A stretch of DNA of 46,082 nt from Minisyncoccota bacterium (GTDB taxonomy: Bacteria; Patescibacteriota; Minisyncoccia; Phycocordibacterales; UBA9973), in NCBI GenBank assembly GCA_041665925.1, contig JBAYHW010000006.1, forward strand, positions 1 through 46,082, given 5' to 3'. The notes below the pieces were generated by a model. That model was not told the origin of the DNA. It searched no databases and saw nothing but the letters and a program-made list of their open reading frames with translations. Position numbers and translations under genes: made by a program. Below, one piece after another: positions 26,437 to 35,595 of this stretch. Within the stretch, counting starts at the first letter, position 1; every line of letters begins with the position of its first letter.

Positions 26437-29427
26437 TTATTTATTCAAAACTGCTCTCGTAAGAGGACCCACAACTCCGTCCCCCACCAATACATTCGCA
26501 AGCTGAAATTTAATAACCGCTATTTTGGTCAGTGGTCCAAATTTTCCATCAACCACTAAGATTCCATATCCAGCAGTATTTAAGAATTTCTGAAGCTCAG
26601 TGACTTCACCTTTCTTGGTTACGTCAGTAGACCCAAGTCTCATAAATTGCGTAAAGATAAATTTCTCAGCACCCAAAACTTCACCAGTTGTTGGACCTGT
26701 TGCAACAACTAGAACCTGCTCATTTGATCTTGCCCTACTTCCGCTACTACTACTACCACTACCACTGCTGGTGCTGGATGTCGTTCTAGAAAATTCACCA
26801 CTTACCGCTTCAGGCGAACCGTGAGAAACTGTTCGGAAGAAGTAGTTCGTGTTAGCAGTGAGGCCAGAGACAGTTATGTTGTGGCTCGTAACCATAGGTT
26901 CTTCGTCAGAAGTACCCGTAGAGTTCGCATAACCGTAATTTGGCGCTTCACCAAGCTCACTATGTGAAACCGTATCATAAATTACGCGACTTGTTGCCAA
27001 GTGATCCGTAGTCCAGGTTACCACAATAGAGGTCGTGGTTACCGAAGCCGTTGTTGTCGTTTCTTCAGTAATAACTGGTGCTGTGTAAACTTTGTGGTCG
27101 TATTCACTTCCGGTATTAAAGTAATTATCAGCTAAGTCAACAATTGATGAACGCGTTTCAAGTACATCAAGATGAGGGTCATCTCCTGCTTGTATCGGGT
27201 TGGTTAATGTTATAGTTATTTTTTTGTTTGAGTAGCTAACATTACTGATTTCATAAGAATTTTCTCCATCATAAGATTCTCCGTTGTAAACTATGAAGTC
27301 TGAAGCTTGTGGATGATGACCATCCTCATTATTCTGTAGGTCTTCATTAAACATAACCTCGATTGTGCTTAGATCGGTAGCATCAATTTCTCCAGAAATA
27401 GTTGGAGCATCGTTGTCGCTAACTGTAATCATATCTTCTAGTGTTGAAGAATTACCTGCTCCATCAAGCGCTCTCACTATATAATTAATATTGGCTGTTG
27501 AATCCGAAGGAATAGATTTATCAAATGTGTATCGTCTCTGTTGAGCGTCATTTCTATCAAGACTAGAGGTGGTTTCAGTCATTGAGGTATAACTTTCACC
27601 ATCATTGAAACTAATTTCCGCAGAAGCCACTGATACATTGTCATTGACGGTAATGCCAATGGTTGTTGTTTCTCCTGTTGTTCCCGTGGTTCCAATGTGA
27701 ACTCCAAAAGTTGGAGATGTTATATCAGTAGTGGAAGAAGTTATGTTAATATTATCAAACAAAAATCCACTGCCGTCAGTTTCGGGCGCTGCGCTTCCAC
27801 CTACACGGAAGAGAAGATCGTCAGTTGTACGTGGAGTTGGCTCTGCAGAGGCCTCAGTGTCAAAACGGAAATAGTTTTCCCACGTTGTGCCTGTGTGAAC
27901 CAATACTTCGTCTATGTAAATCTTAACAATGTCGTTTGAAGGACCGTCAACATAATCTATGACAAATTTGGCTGTATGTGCCGTAGTTCGAGAAAGACCG
28001 GATGCAACTGTGGTCGGAGAAAAATTAGCCGGATTATCAGTGCCTGGAGTATCATAGAATATAACATCTATTCCCTCCGCCTCATCACTAAATCCTAGAT
28101 AACTCATACGTGAGCCATCGCCACGATCTGGCGAAACCGAAATGAAAAGTCCGGACTGTTGTGTGGACTGTGTCGAAGCAAAATCAAATTGTGCTTCAAA
28201 ATGATTTTGACGTGTTCCACCAGACATATCACCGTTTGTGGAATCAATTTCACCAGCTTCGTTAGAATTTGAAGGGGAAAAAGTTTGATCTCCAAAAGAA
28301 CCACTAGTGACAGCATTAGACAAACGCAAGGATTTACAACCAAAACTTGAATATCCGTAGGTATTATCAACAACTGCCTGATCATAAGAACCCGCTACAC
28401 TCCAGCCATCTTGGCCATTTACTGAGCCCAAACTAAAACTGTCAAAACTGGTATCACTACAAGCAGGAGTTTCATCTTCTGCATCAAATTCCGTGAAGTG
28501 ACTAGTATCAAACACCAGTGTGCCAGCTTCGTAACTAATATCGGTAATATCTGGATAATTATCATCTTCTGGATCAATAATATCGCCATTATCATCTCTT
28601 ACAATAATATTCGGTTCCGAGTCAAAATCTAACCCATACATATAGATCTTGGCTCCGGTTGCATTCATGGCGGCAGCGGTCGTTGAGTCAAATTTCACAT
28701 GACCATCTGTTATTTCCATTGCTGTACCCAAAGATTGTATAACAGCAACAGTAGCTTGATCACTCAAGTTCAAGCTAGTGGTAAAAACAATTTTTCCTTT
28801 GCCTACTTTTTCAAAATATAAAGCAGTAGTTGAATCAACTCCAGTTTCAGAGTCTGGTGTGTCTGAAGGGTTGGTTAATTCTCCTATATTCGTGACAACC
28901 CCCTCTCCTCCTGCATATAAAGCTGTATCTATCGTACTTAATAAAGGTGCTGTTTGCCCTCCAGTCCCCGCATCATTAAACCAACCTTTGGTCGGAGTAC
29001 CAGGAGACCATGTTGTATAATCAGATCCTAATGCGGCCGATTGTCCTGCTCCCGGTGGAGTAGCATAGCTAGTACTGTGAATAGGCGTATTATTATTATC
29101 TAAAAGTGTAATAGTGTCAGCATCATTATTTAACCATCCTGTAACAGAAGCGTCATATTCATATACAACAATTCCATGAGCTGGTATGGATCCAAGTGAA
29201 GTTAATAATTTCACATGATCCGCAGTATCTACCAAATACCAATCAGTCAAAGGAATATCATCATTCGTAGTATTCAATAGTTCAACCCATTCAGTATCCC
29301 CATAGGGAACAAATTCGTTAATAATTACTGCTGGAGGAGGAAGATCTAGAGCTCTAGTTGTATTAGCTACAAAAAACCCACCTAAAACCACTACTAAACC
29401 CAAACTAAACGATAGATATTTTTTCAT
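26437..29427 (-). CDS. Large secreted multidomain surface protein (lamin-tail-like, lectin-like, Ig/Fn3-like, C-terminal peptidoglycan-binding domain)
   Basis: Signal peptide; VIINEF...EWVELLN (LTD); VTWTTD...H-x-I-x-VSGL...YFFR (Fn3-like); Ser/Gly linker; ELQKFL...VDGKFGPLT...GDGVVGPLT (PG-binding). Confidence 0.8.
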   Translation of the reverse strand: MKKYLSFSLGLVVVLGGFFVANTTRALDLPPPAVIINEFVPYGDTEWVELLNTTNDDIPLTDWYLVDTADHVKLLTSLGSIPAHGIVVYEYDASVTGWLNNDADTITLLDNNNTPIHSTSYATPPGAGQSAALGSDYTTWSPGTPTKGWFNDAGTGGQTAPLLSTIDTALYAGGEGVVTNIGELTNPSDTPDSETGVDSTTALYFEKVGKGKIVFTTSLNLSDQATVAVIQSLGTAMEITDGHVKFDSTTAAAMNATGAKIYMYGLDFDSEPNIIVRDDNGDIIDPEDDNYPDITDISYEAGTLVFDTSHFTEFDAEDETPACSDTSFDSFSLGSVNGQDGWSVAGSYDQAVVDNTYGYSSFGCKSLRLSNAVTSGSFGDQTFSPSNSNEAGEIDSTNGDMSGGTRQNHFEAQFDFASTQSTQQSGLFISVSPDRGDGSRMSYLGFSDEAEGIDVIFYDTPGTDNPANFSPTTVASGLSRTTAHTAKFVIDYVDGPSNDIVKIYIDEVLVHTGTTWENYFRFDTEASAEPTPRTTDDLLFRVGGSAAPETDGSGFLFDNINITSSTTDITSPTFGVHIGTTGTTGETTTIGITVNDNVSVASAEISFNDGESYTSMTETTSSLDRNDAQQRRYTFDKSIPSDSTANINYIVRALDGAGNSSTLEDMITVSDNDAPTISGEIDATDLSTIEVMFNEDLQNNEDGHHPQASDFIVYNGESYDGENSYEISNVSYSNKKITITLTNPIQAGDDPHLDVLETRSSIVDLADNYFNTGSEYDHKVYTAPVITEETTTTASVTTTSIVVTWTTDHLATSRVIYDTVSHSELGEAPNYGYANSTGTSDEEPMVTSHNITVSGLTANTNYFFRTVSHGSPEAVSGEFSRTTSSTSSGSGSSSSGSRARSNEQVLVVATGPTTGEVLGAEKFIFTQFMRLGSTDVTKKGEVTELQKFLNTAGYGILVVDGKFGPLTKIAVIKFQLANVLVGDGVVGPLTRAVLNK

Positions 29428-29703
29428 AAATTTCTTAAAAACTTATAATTATTAATAATATGATTATTCCCTCACCATACAACTCTTAATTTTACTGTCA
29501 ACAAGTTTTGGTGCACAAAAGGTGCATAATAAGTGGATAAAAACCGCTAAAATACCTTATAAAATAAAGAGCTTTTTAAGGATGAGGCTGTAGTTTTAGC
29601 ACTTTTTAAAATATCATAGAAATGTTGACTGTTACTCCGAATATTGACAAAAGCTATGAATAAACTACACTTTACTTATATATTAATGAATAAATAAAAT
29701 ATT

Positions 29704-30090
29704 ATGCCAGAAGGACAACAATTTAATGGAGGAGATAGCACGATTGCAAAAAAAAGGACGGACCCTTCTTCTGTTACCAGACAGGGGGATTTGGTTGCTT
29801 TGACAAAAGAAATGGAAGGATTGACCGGAGAAAAATTGACCAGAGAAACATTTATTGATGCTCTACGTTCTGTTGATTTTGTTCCATCTTCAACTGGAGT
29901 AGAAATTTCCACAGAAGAATTGATTAAGACTTTTGAAAAATTAGATAAAATGACGCCCGAAGAAGGAGAATTGATATTTAAATCCAGAGATAGTCTCGCG
30001 GGGTTTCTAAAAACAATTTTTGGTGTTACCAATACTCTTTTTATACGAGATAAAATGGTTGAGCTTCTTTCGACACACATACAAGGTTAA
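29704..30090 (+). CDS. Hypothetical protein
   Basis: 128-aa ORF after an AT-rich promoter-like region; no motif recognised. Confidence 0.6.
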   Translation: MPEGQQFNGGDSTIAKKRTDPSSVTRQGDLVALTKEMEGLTGEKLTRETFIDALRSVDFVPSSTGVEISTEELIKTFEKLDKMTPEEGELIFKSRDSLAGFLKTIFGVTNTLFIRDKMVELLSTHIQG

Positions 30091-30202
30091 GGTGAATTTC
30101 TTAGATTTATATCCCAAAAATATTCCTCTTAAGAACGATGTATTCGTTTCCATTAACGAGGCACATCCCTTCTACTTTTCTAAACCCTGAAAAGTAAATT
30201 CT

Positions 30203-30979
30203 CTATTTTAAGTAAATCTCAATGTTTTTTCTATGTTGCTCATAGGTTTTTGAGCAGTGAATTTTCCTTTTACTGTCATGTAAATAATAGAGACAATCTG
30301 TCTTTTGTGGGTTATATGCTGCGGTTATGGCATCTATCCCTGGGTTCGCTATGGCCCCAGGAGGTAAGCCTTCGTGTATGTAAGTGTTGTAAGAAGATTT
30401 TATTTTTTTATCTGCAGACTCAACTTCTTCCCACCAGCCATCTTCTTCATTACCTTTTACATATTGAAGCGTCGCATCTATTTGCAATTTCATTCCTTTA
30501 AAAATACGATTCCAAATAATTCCGGAAATTAATTTCATATCTTCCTTCCCTGCCGCCTCTCTCTGGATAATAGAAGCTACCTTAAGTGCCGTATTTTCGT
30601 TTAATACTTTTGTTGTTTTTGGTTTCTTTATTTTACTAACTTGAGCCTTAAACTCATTTGTCATGGTCGCACTTACTACTGACGGGTCCTCGTCTTTAAA
30701 TATCAAGTAGGTTTTAGGAAAATAATGCCCTTCCACGTTCGCAGTATTTATAAATTCTTGTTTATCGGCATCGTTCCAATCAAGCTTATCTGCCATGACA
30801 TCTGCCACTTCTTCTTTTCGAAGTCCTTCCTGTATACGTACTATACGCATATAGGGATTGGCTAAATTCACGTAAAAAGACAGCTTAGTGAGAAGCTCTG
30901 GGTCAAATCTGTAATAGAAAAAAATAGGTAAAATTATCGAGGCCACAAGGACAGGTAATATAAAGAAATATTTTTTCAT
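30203..30979 (-). CDS. mltG: Endolytic transglycosylase MltG (short form)
   Basis: EGHYFPKTY, ASIIQRE, LQIDAT, YNTY...GLPPGAIANPG, YYLHD. Confidence 0.88.
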   Translation of the reverse strand: MKKYFFILPVLVASIILPIFFYYRFDPELLTKLSFYVNLANPYMRIVRIQEGLRKEEVADVMADKLDWNDADKQEFINTANVEGHYFPKTYLIFKDEDPSVVSATMTNEFKAQVSKIKKPKTTKVLNENTALKVASIIQREAAGKEDMKLISGIIWNRIFKGMKLQIDATLQYVKGNEEDGWWEEVESADKKIKSSYNTYIHEGLPPGAIANPGIDAITAAYNPQKTDCLYYLHDSKRKIHCSKTYEQHRKNIEIYLK

Positions 30980-31022
30980 ACTGTAAATGAATTATAACAT
31001 AAAATGTTAGGGCTTGTTTTCT

Positions 31023-31586
31023 TTACAAACCAGGGACAAAAGTCATGACTAATGTCCAAACAGAAAGTGTAACAAATGCCCAAGCTTCCATCAAACTGTT
31101 ACCTTCTTTGTGTTTGATAAATAAAAATATTTGTCCAAATAAATATAAAACAAACATTAACAACGAAAATATAAACAAAATATTGGCACTAGTATTTCTT
31201 ATAGGAAAAGTTATCAAAACTAGAGAAATAGGCATTATAGAGAAATAATACTTCGTAAAAAAATTATGGATTACTGGGTATTTCCTGTAGGTAAAAATTG
31301 CAACCAAAATTGTGGCTAAGTTTGCGCTTAGATATAATAAACATCCCAAATTTAAATAACTTAGAGAAAATTTTTGTGTCAGGTAGAACAAAAACATTAT
31401 TTGAAAAAATGTTCCAACGATAAGCCCCAGGCCAACAATCTTTCCAACTTTTTTATTTTCAAGAGTTGCCAAGCTGACTGTCTCTCTTTTCGTATTTATT
31501 CCGTAACGGATCGCAGGATAAATCACAAGCACCCAAGCTGAAAAAATAGCCAGAACTCCTGAGAACTTGATGAATACTTGAAACAT
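31023..31586 (-). CDS. Multi-pass membrane protein of unknown function
   Basis: About six hydrophobic segments; start MFQVF is 6 nt after TGT-TATAAT. Confidence 0.7.
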   Translation of the reverse strand: MFQVFIKFSGVLAIFSAWVLVIYPAIRYGINTKRETVSLATLENKKVGKIVGLGLIVGTFFQIMFLFYLTQKFSLSYLNLGCLLYLSANLATILVAIFTYRKYPVIHNFFTKYYFSIMPISLVLITFPIRNTSANILFIFSLLMFVLYLFGQIFLFIKHKEGNSLMEAWAFVTLSVWTLVMTFVPGL

Positions 31587-31600
31587 AGAAATATTATAAC

Positions 31601-31630
31601 AAAAAACCCATACGAAAGTATGAGTTTTTT
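31601..31630 (-). terminator. Terminator hairpin, probably the original tRNA-Asn terminator displaced by the insertion
   Basis: AAAAAACCCATAC-GAAA-GTATGAGTTTTTT, 3 nt outside the left direct repeat. Confidence 0.75.
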
Positions 31631-31633
31631 GTT

Positions 31634-31642
31634 TTTGGCTCC
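31634..31642. repeat. Distal att core (9-bp direct repeat)
   Basis: TTTGGCTCC, identical to 37689-37697. Confidence 0.8.
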
Positions 31643-31749
31643 CTCTAGTAAGCAAGTTCAGAACTCTTAATTGGAATGCTATCAAAAGCGAACTGCAATT
31701 TAGTGGAATACTTTCTCTATACCAACAAGAAACGGCTTTTAGTTTATAA
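31636..31749 (+). other. Stranded C-terminal coding tail of the serine recombinase; in frame only after circularisation
   Basis: Reads WLPLVSKFRTLNWNAIKSELQFSGILSLYQQETAFSL*, with no start codon of its own; begins with the same TGG CTC C as the integrase end. Confidence 0.75.
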
Positions 31750-31936
31750 GTTAGTACCAGTCGTTAGCATGGTTACGTTCTAGTACCATTCAGAACTCGT
31801 TGATACCAGATGGGATAAGAGTGTAAACGAAAGGGTGTCTGCTTCTTTCGTTTTACGAATTAAGGGTAGTGGGTGTTTTCTTTCTCGGACATTTTTATTT
31901 GGCGGGGATGCCCTAATATATTTAGAAAATTTCCAG

Positions 31937-33217
31937 CTATTTTTTCTTGTCATTCAGGTCTTCAAACTCTGGATTCACTGTTTCTTCTTTTTTCTTAGAC
32001 CCCATCGGTGGAAGAGGTTCTATTTTTTTAGGAGGCGGAAGTTTTTTGGGGAAGATTTTTACCCTCGTCTTCTCATCTTCTTTGGTTACTTCTTGTTTGT
32101 GTTGCCACCTTTCGCCGCGAGGAGCCAAGTATGTAATTCCGTAATCAAAAAACGTATTGTTTTTAGTTTCAACAAAAATATGTGGGCATTTAGCAATGGT
32201 ATCTCCTAGTGGGTCTATTTCAACAATTCTTTCATAAGGAATCACAGCCTCTATCTCAAAGAAAGCTTGATTATCGCGTTCGATTGTATCAAGAAAATCG
32301 TGTGCACGGCGAAATGAATCATCGTAATCTTTAGGTTTGTTCCAAAAATCTTCGTGACCCCAGGCTAGATTCACTTCTTCAGTGTAATCCCACTCAAGAA
32401 GCTTCATTCCATTAAAATCAATTTTTCTATAAGCTGGATACCTCCTGGTCATTAGCCTAATTCCTTCATGAGTATGACCCATAAAGTAATAGGTTTTCCA
32501 TCGAGGATGCTCTTTGAAATCTGGTATTGCTCCGCTATAGGGATAGTTTGTATCATTGGCATCACGAACCAAAACTTCCATAAATGATTCGCGGTCTACA
32601 GCACCAAGATGTTTGACCACTTTTCTTTTAGTTGCTAATAAGCTACGAATTTGGGTGGCGACAGTTCGTCTTCTGATTATTAGAGAAATACCAAAATACC
32701 CATAGAGCAAATTGTCATTCTTTGGTTGGAATAACATATCCTCTAAATCCGCCTTTCCCCATAAATAAAATTCCTGCACGCCCTTTTCGCGCATTTTTTC
32801 TCTGAATGCATCACGTGTCTTTTTTGAGAAATCACAAGGTGCTGCAAAAATAACTCCATGGGGAATATCCGCTCCCCTGGGTATCATTTCATCAACATAT
32901 TTATTAATTTTTGCAGGAGCAATAGTTTTTTCCCTTTTACATTGAATCTGCCAGAGTCTGTCTAATGAAGAGGATATCAGCTCTTCCTCTAATTCATCCT
33001 CACTATCTTTTGTGGGCTGTTGGTTAGTTGCGCCAGCTACTTCAAAACCTCTTGCATCATACCCATCATCTGCACCTAGTCGTCCTGTAGGCTCAAGTAA
33101 ACGCCATTCCCTAAAGTCATATATAAGCTGGCGTACTAAATCCTCGAAACGATGAGGTTCAAGGTCATTGAAGGGTAAAGGATTCAAGGTCCTGGTTGTT
33201 GTAGGAGTTTTTTTCAT
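31937..33217 (-). CDS. Restriction-endonuclease-like (Mrr-type PD-(D/E)xK) protein, putative defence cargo
   Basis: RFEDLVRQL, G-x-x-GADDGYDARG, WQIQCKR in the N-terminal third; C-terminal domain unrecognised. Confidence 0.7.
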   Translation of the reverse strand: MKKTPTTTRTLNPLPFNDLEPHRFEDLVRQLIYDFREWRLLEPTGRLGADDGYDARGFEVAGATNQQPTKDSEDELEEELISSSLDRLWQIQCKREKTIAPAKINKYVDEMIPRGADIPHGVIFAAPCDFSKKTRDAFREKMREKGVQEFYLWGKADLEDMLFQPKNDNLLYGYFGISLIIRRRTVATQIRSLLATKRKVVKHLGAVDRESFMEVLVRDANDTNYPYSGAIPDFKEHPRWKTYYFMGHTHEGIRLMTRRYPAYRKIDFNGMKLLEWDYTEEVNLAWGHEDFWNKPKDYDDSFRRAHDFLDTIERDNQAFFEIEAVIPYERIVEIDPLGDTIAKCPHIFVETKNNTFFDYGITYLAPRGERWQHKQEVTKEDEKTRVKIFPKKLPPPKKIEPLPPMGSKKKEETVNPEFEDLNDKKK

Positions 33218-33223
33218 TACTAC

Positions 33224-33232
33224 TGTGGATAA
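33224..33232 (-). promoter_or_regulatory. Perfect DnaA box 6 nt upstream of the nuclease gene start
   Basis: TGTGGATAA on the plus strand. Confidence 0.45.
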
Positions 33233-33443
33233 CCAATTGGCATCTAGTGCTATCTAGTACATTCGGTTACGTTCTTATTCTATTCCACTTGTCTTTACTT
33301 TACAATGGTATACACGGTAAAATTACATTGTTCATCGAAAATAATCCCAGAGTGAGGAGATAAATTATCAAATCACTACGTGCTTCAGTAAGATGAAGCA
33401 TTGCGTCGGGCGAAGGGAAACCCGCTAGGTAGGAATCATTGAG

Positions 33444-33528
33444 AAGCTACCATTTCAGCTCACATTTTTGTGGGATGCGATGGTAGCTTTTTACTTTCTG
33501 CAAACCGCAACTAATTGAGTTGCGGTTT
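33444..33528 (+). promoter_or_regulatory. Tandem stem-loops upstream of the rep operon (candidate origin or attenuator)
   Basis: AAGCTACCAT/ATGGTAGCTT (33444-33453/33480-33489) and AAACCGCAACT/AGTTGCGGTTT (33502-33512/33518-33528) followed by a T run. Confidence 0.55.
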
Positions 33529-33530
33529 TT

Positions 33531-33704
33531 ATGTTATCTACACAAGCAAAAAAAGAAATTAAGCATATTGAGGAAAAACCAAACAAAGTTGGTTTGACCC
33601 GAGAAGACAATCAGAAACTTGTTGATGTCTTCGCGTTGCTTATTAAAGTAGATAAAAGAATAAGCCCCCACCTTTATAAGCCTAATAACGCTACAAATGA
33701 TTGA
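33531..33704 (+). CDS. Small hypothetical protein, 57 aa (not in the ORF track)
   Basis: MLSTQAKKEIKHIEEKPNKVGLTREDNQKLVDVFALLIKVDKRISPHLYKPNNATND*; stop overlaps the rep start. Confidence 0.65.
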   Translation: MLSTQAKKEIKHIEEKPNKVGLTREDNQKLVDVFALLIKVDKRISPHLYKPNNATND

Positions 33705-34854
33705 TTCAATATGCCTTTCAATTCCGTGTAGTGAAGTAAAGGACATTGAGCCTAATGCCCAGAGCATTACTGCATGGGAATTACATTCCAAGACTAAGCG
33801 ATACACGAAGTATGTAAAAAATGTTTCTGTAAATAAATCAGGAACTTACTACCCTCATCTGACAAGGTACACGAAATGGTTTAACCAAGAAGCCAACGTA
33901 CGCATAGAGTTCTCTGTTCCAAAACTGTTTTTTCAAAACAATCTCGATGAACTAGAGGATGCAGATTTCCTAAATGTTATTACTGTTCTACAAAAACGTT
34001 TACATGAAATGGACGTATCTATTTCCAAAGAAGCCCTGGTGAATAGTGTGGTAAGTGGGGTCCATTTCTCAAAGAATATCGTCTTGGAAAATGGATACAC
34101 AACCAGTTATCTTATAAGTGAAATGAATAAAATAAATCTTAGGAAAGTTTTTGATTTTACTCGCGCAAAGTATACAAATGATGGTCAAAGCCTTTATGCT
34201 CACACGGCTTCGCATGAACTTATTATTTACGACAAAGTAGCGGATATACTGGCAAGTGAAAAAAGAGCTATGGATAGAGGTCAATCTGCCTATCAGCGAA
34301 GTATCTTTGCGGGGGTAGAAAAGAAGAATTTGCCCGAAGTCATACGCTTTGAAGTACGACTGGTTCGTAAACCGAAAATGAATAGCGTTCTCGGAAAAGT
34401 TGGACATAGTAAAAATCCAACTTTTAAGGACGTATTCAATTCTCAATTAAGTCGGAAAGTTATTTTGCTTTACTGGCAAGAAATTATAAAGGCTGGAGGC
34501 AGTGTGGCCTTCTCAATCCCTCTAAGTAGCAAAGACATGTTGCGGGCTATCTTTATGGCGAATAAGGACATGAAGGCAAAGCAAGGAATTTACCTAGCTG
34601 GGTTATCAATTATTGCTAGAGATGGGATAAGAGAACTGCGCTCAATAGTTTCAAAGCAATCAGGAGAACGGACATGGTACCGAATTTCAAAAGATATTGC
34701 GCTCGTAAATAGTCTTATTACACAGAATAGAGTCAGAGACTGGGTACGACAGATAGACCACAAACTTGCAAATTATAAAACCTATAGAACAGGTAGGTTA
34801 TCCACCTTACCAATTTGTAATGTAAAGAAAAGTAAAGTATCATCATTGATATGA
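33697..34854 (+). CDS. Phage/plasmid replication initiator, gene II/X / Rep_trans-like (rolling-circle type)
   Basis: MIDSI, RIEFSVPKL, VHFSKN, LIIYDK (candidate catalytic Tyr), IRFEVRL. Confidence 0.7.
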   Translation: MIDSICLSIPCSEVKDIEPNAQSITAWELHSKTKRYTKYVKNVSVNKSGTYYPHLTRYTKWFNQEANVRIEFSVPKLFFQNNLDELEDADFLNVITVLQKRLHEMDVSISKEALVNSVVSGVHFSKNIVLENGYTTSYLISEMNKINLRKVFDFTRAKYTNDGQSLYAHTASHELIIYDKVADILASEKRAMDRGQSAYQRSIFAGVEKKNLPEVIRFEVRLVRKPKMNSVLGKVGHSKNPTFKDVFNSQLSRKVILLYWQEIIKAGGSVAFSIPLSSKDMLRAIFMANKDMKAKQGIYLAGLSIIARDGIRELRSIVSKQSGERTWYRISKDIALVNSLITQNRVRDWVRQIDHKLANYKTYRTGRLSTLPICNVKKSKVSSLI

Positions 34855-35414
34855 AAAGAGTAATTATCGTACATCAGTGGATGGCTGGAGCTGAAGCAGA
34901 TTGGCGGCCTTGGCTAAAAAATGAGTTAGTCAAACAAGGTTATGAGGTGTTGGTACCAGATATGCCAGAAATTGATACTCCTGTTATTGATAAGTGGGTG
35001 AATCATTTATCAACCATTGTGGGCATCCCCGACGAAAACACTATTTTTATTGGACATAGTATTGGATGCCAAGCAATTTTGCGCTATTTGGAAACCATAG
35101 ATGTATCTATTGGAGGGGCAATATTCGTTGCTGGTTGGTTTACACTCACTGGTATGGAAGATGAAGAAGTTGAAAAAATAGCTGAACCATGGATAAAAAC
35201 TCCAATAAATTTTGAAAGGATAAAGGAGGTATTGCCAAAATCTATTGCTATCCTTTCTGATAATGACCCCTATGTACCCTTGGAGAGTACAAGAATGGTG
35301 TTCGAAAAAGAGCTGGATACAAAAGTAACCGTTATTCCTAACGGTGGACATATTACTGCCGATGATGGTTTTACAGAGTTGCCACAAGTTCTTAGTGAAC
35401 TTCAAAAATTATAA
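34851..35414 (+). CDS. Alpha/beta hydrolase, RBBP9/YdeN family
   Basis: GHSIG nucleophile elbow, SDNDPYV, GGH triad. Confidence 0.88.
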   Translation: MKRVIIVHQWMAGAEADWRPWLKNELVKQGYEVLVPDMPEIDTPVIDKWVNHLSTIVGIPDENTIFIGHSIGCQAILRYLETIDVSIGGAIFVAGWFTLTGMEDEEVEKIAEPWIKTPINFERIKEVLPKSIAILSDNDPYVPLESTRMVFEKELDTKVTVIPNGGHITADDGFTELPQVLSELQKL

Positions 35415-35418
35415 AAAT

Positions 35419-35595
35419 ATGAAAAACAAAGAATTTTATACTGCAAAAGACTTGGCTGACAAATTAGGAGTAAATATTATGACTATTTATCGTTATATAG
35501 GAGCTAAGAAACTCAAAGCATACAAGTTAGGAAAAGAATTTAGGATTGAGAAAAAGGACTTCAACAACTTCCTTAATAAAGTGAAAACAAGGTGA
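35419..35595 (+). CDS. Excisionase/MerR-like HTH DNA-binding protein (candidate recombination directionality factor)
   Basis: FYTAKDLADKLGVNIMTIYRYIGAKKLKAYKLGKEFRI; start MKNKEF at 35419. Confidence 0.85.
   Translation: MKNKEFYTAKDLADKLGVNIMTIYRYIGAKKLKAYKLGKEFRIEKKDFNNFLNKVKTR

Noticed and set aside
29500-29660. GGTGCA repeat and GTCAAC/GTTGAC words in the divergent intergenic region, as a possible att remnant
   Set aside because: Matches are too short, there is no integrase or tRNA nearby, and ordinary promoter elements explain them.
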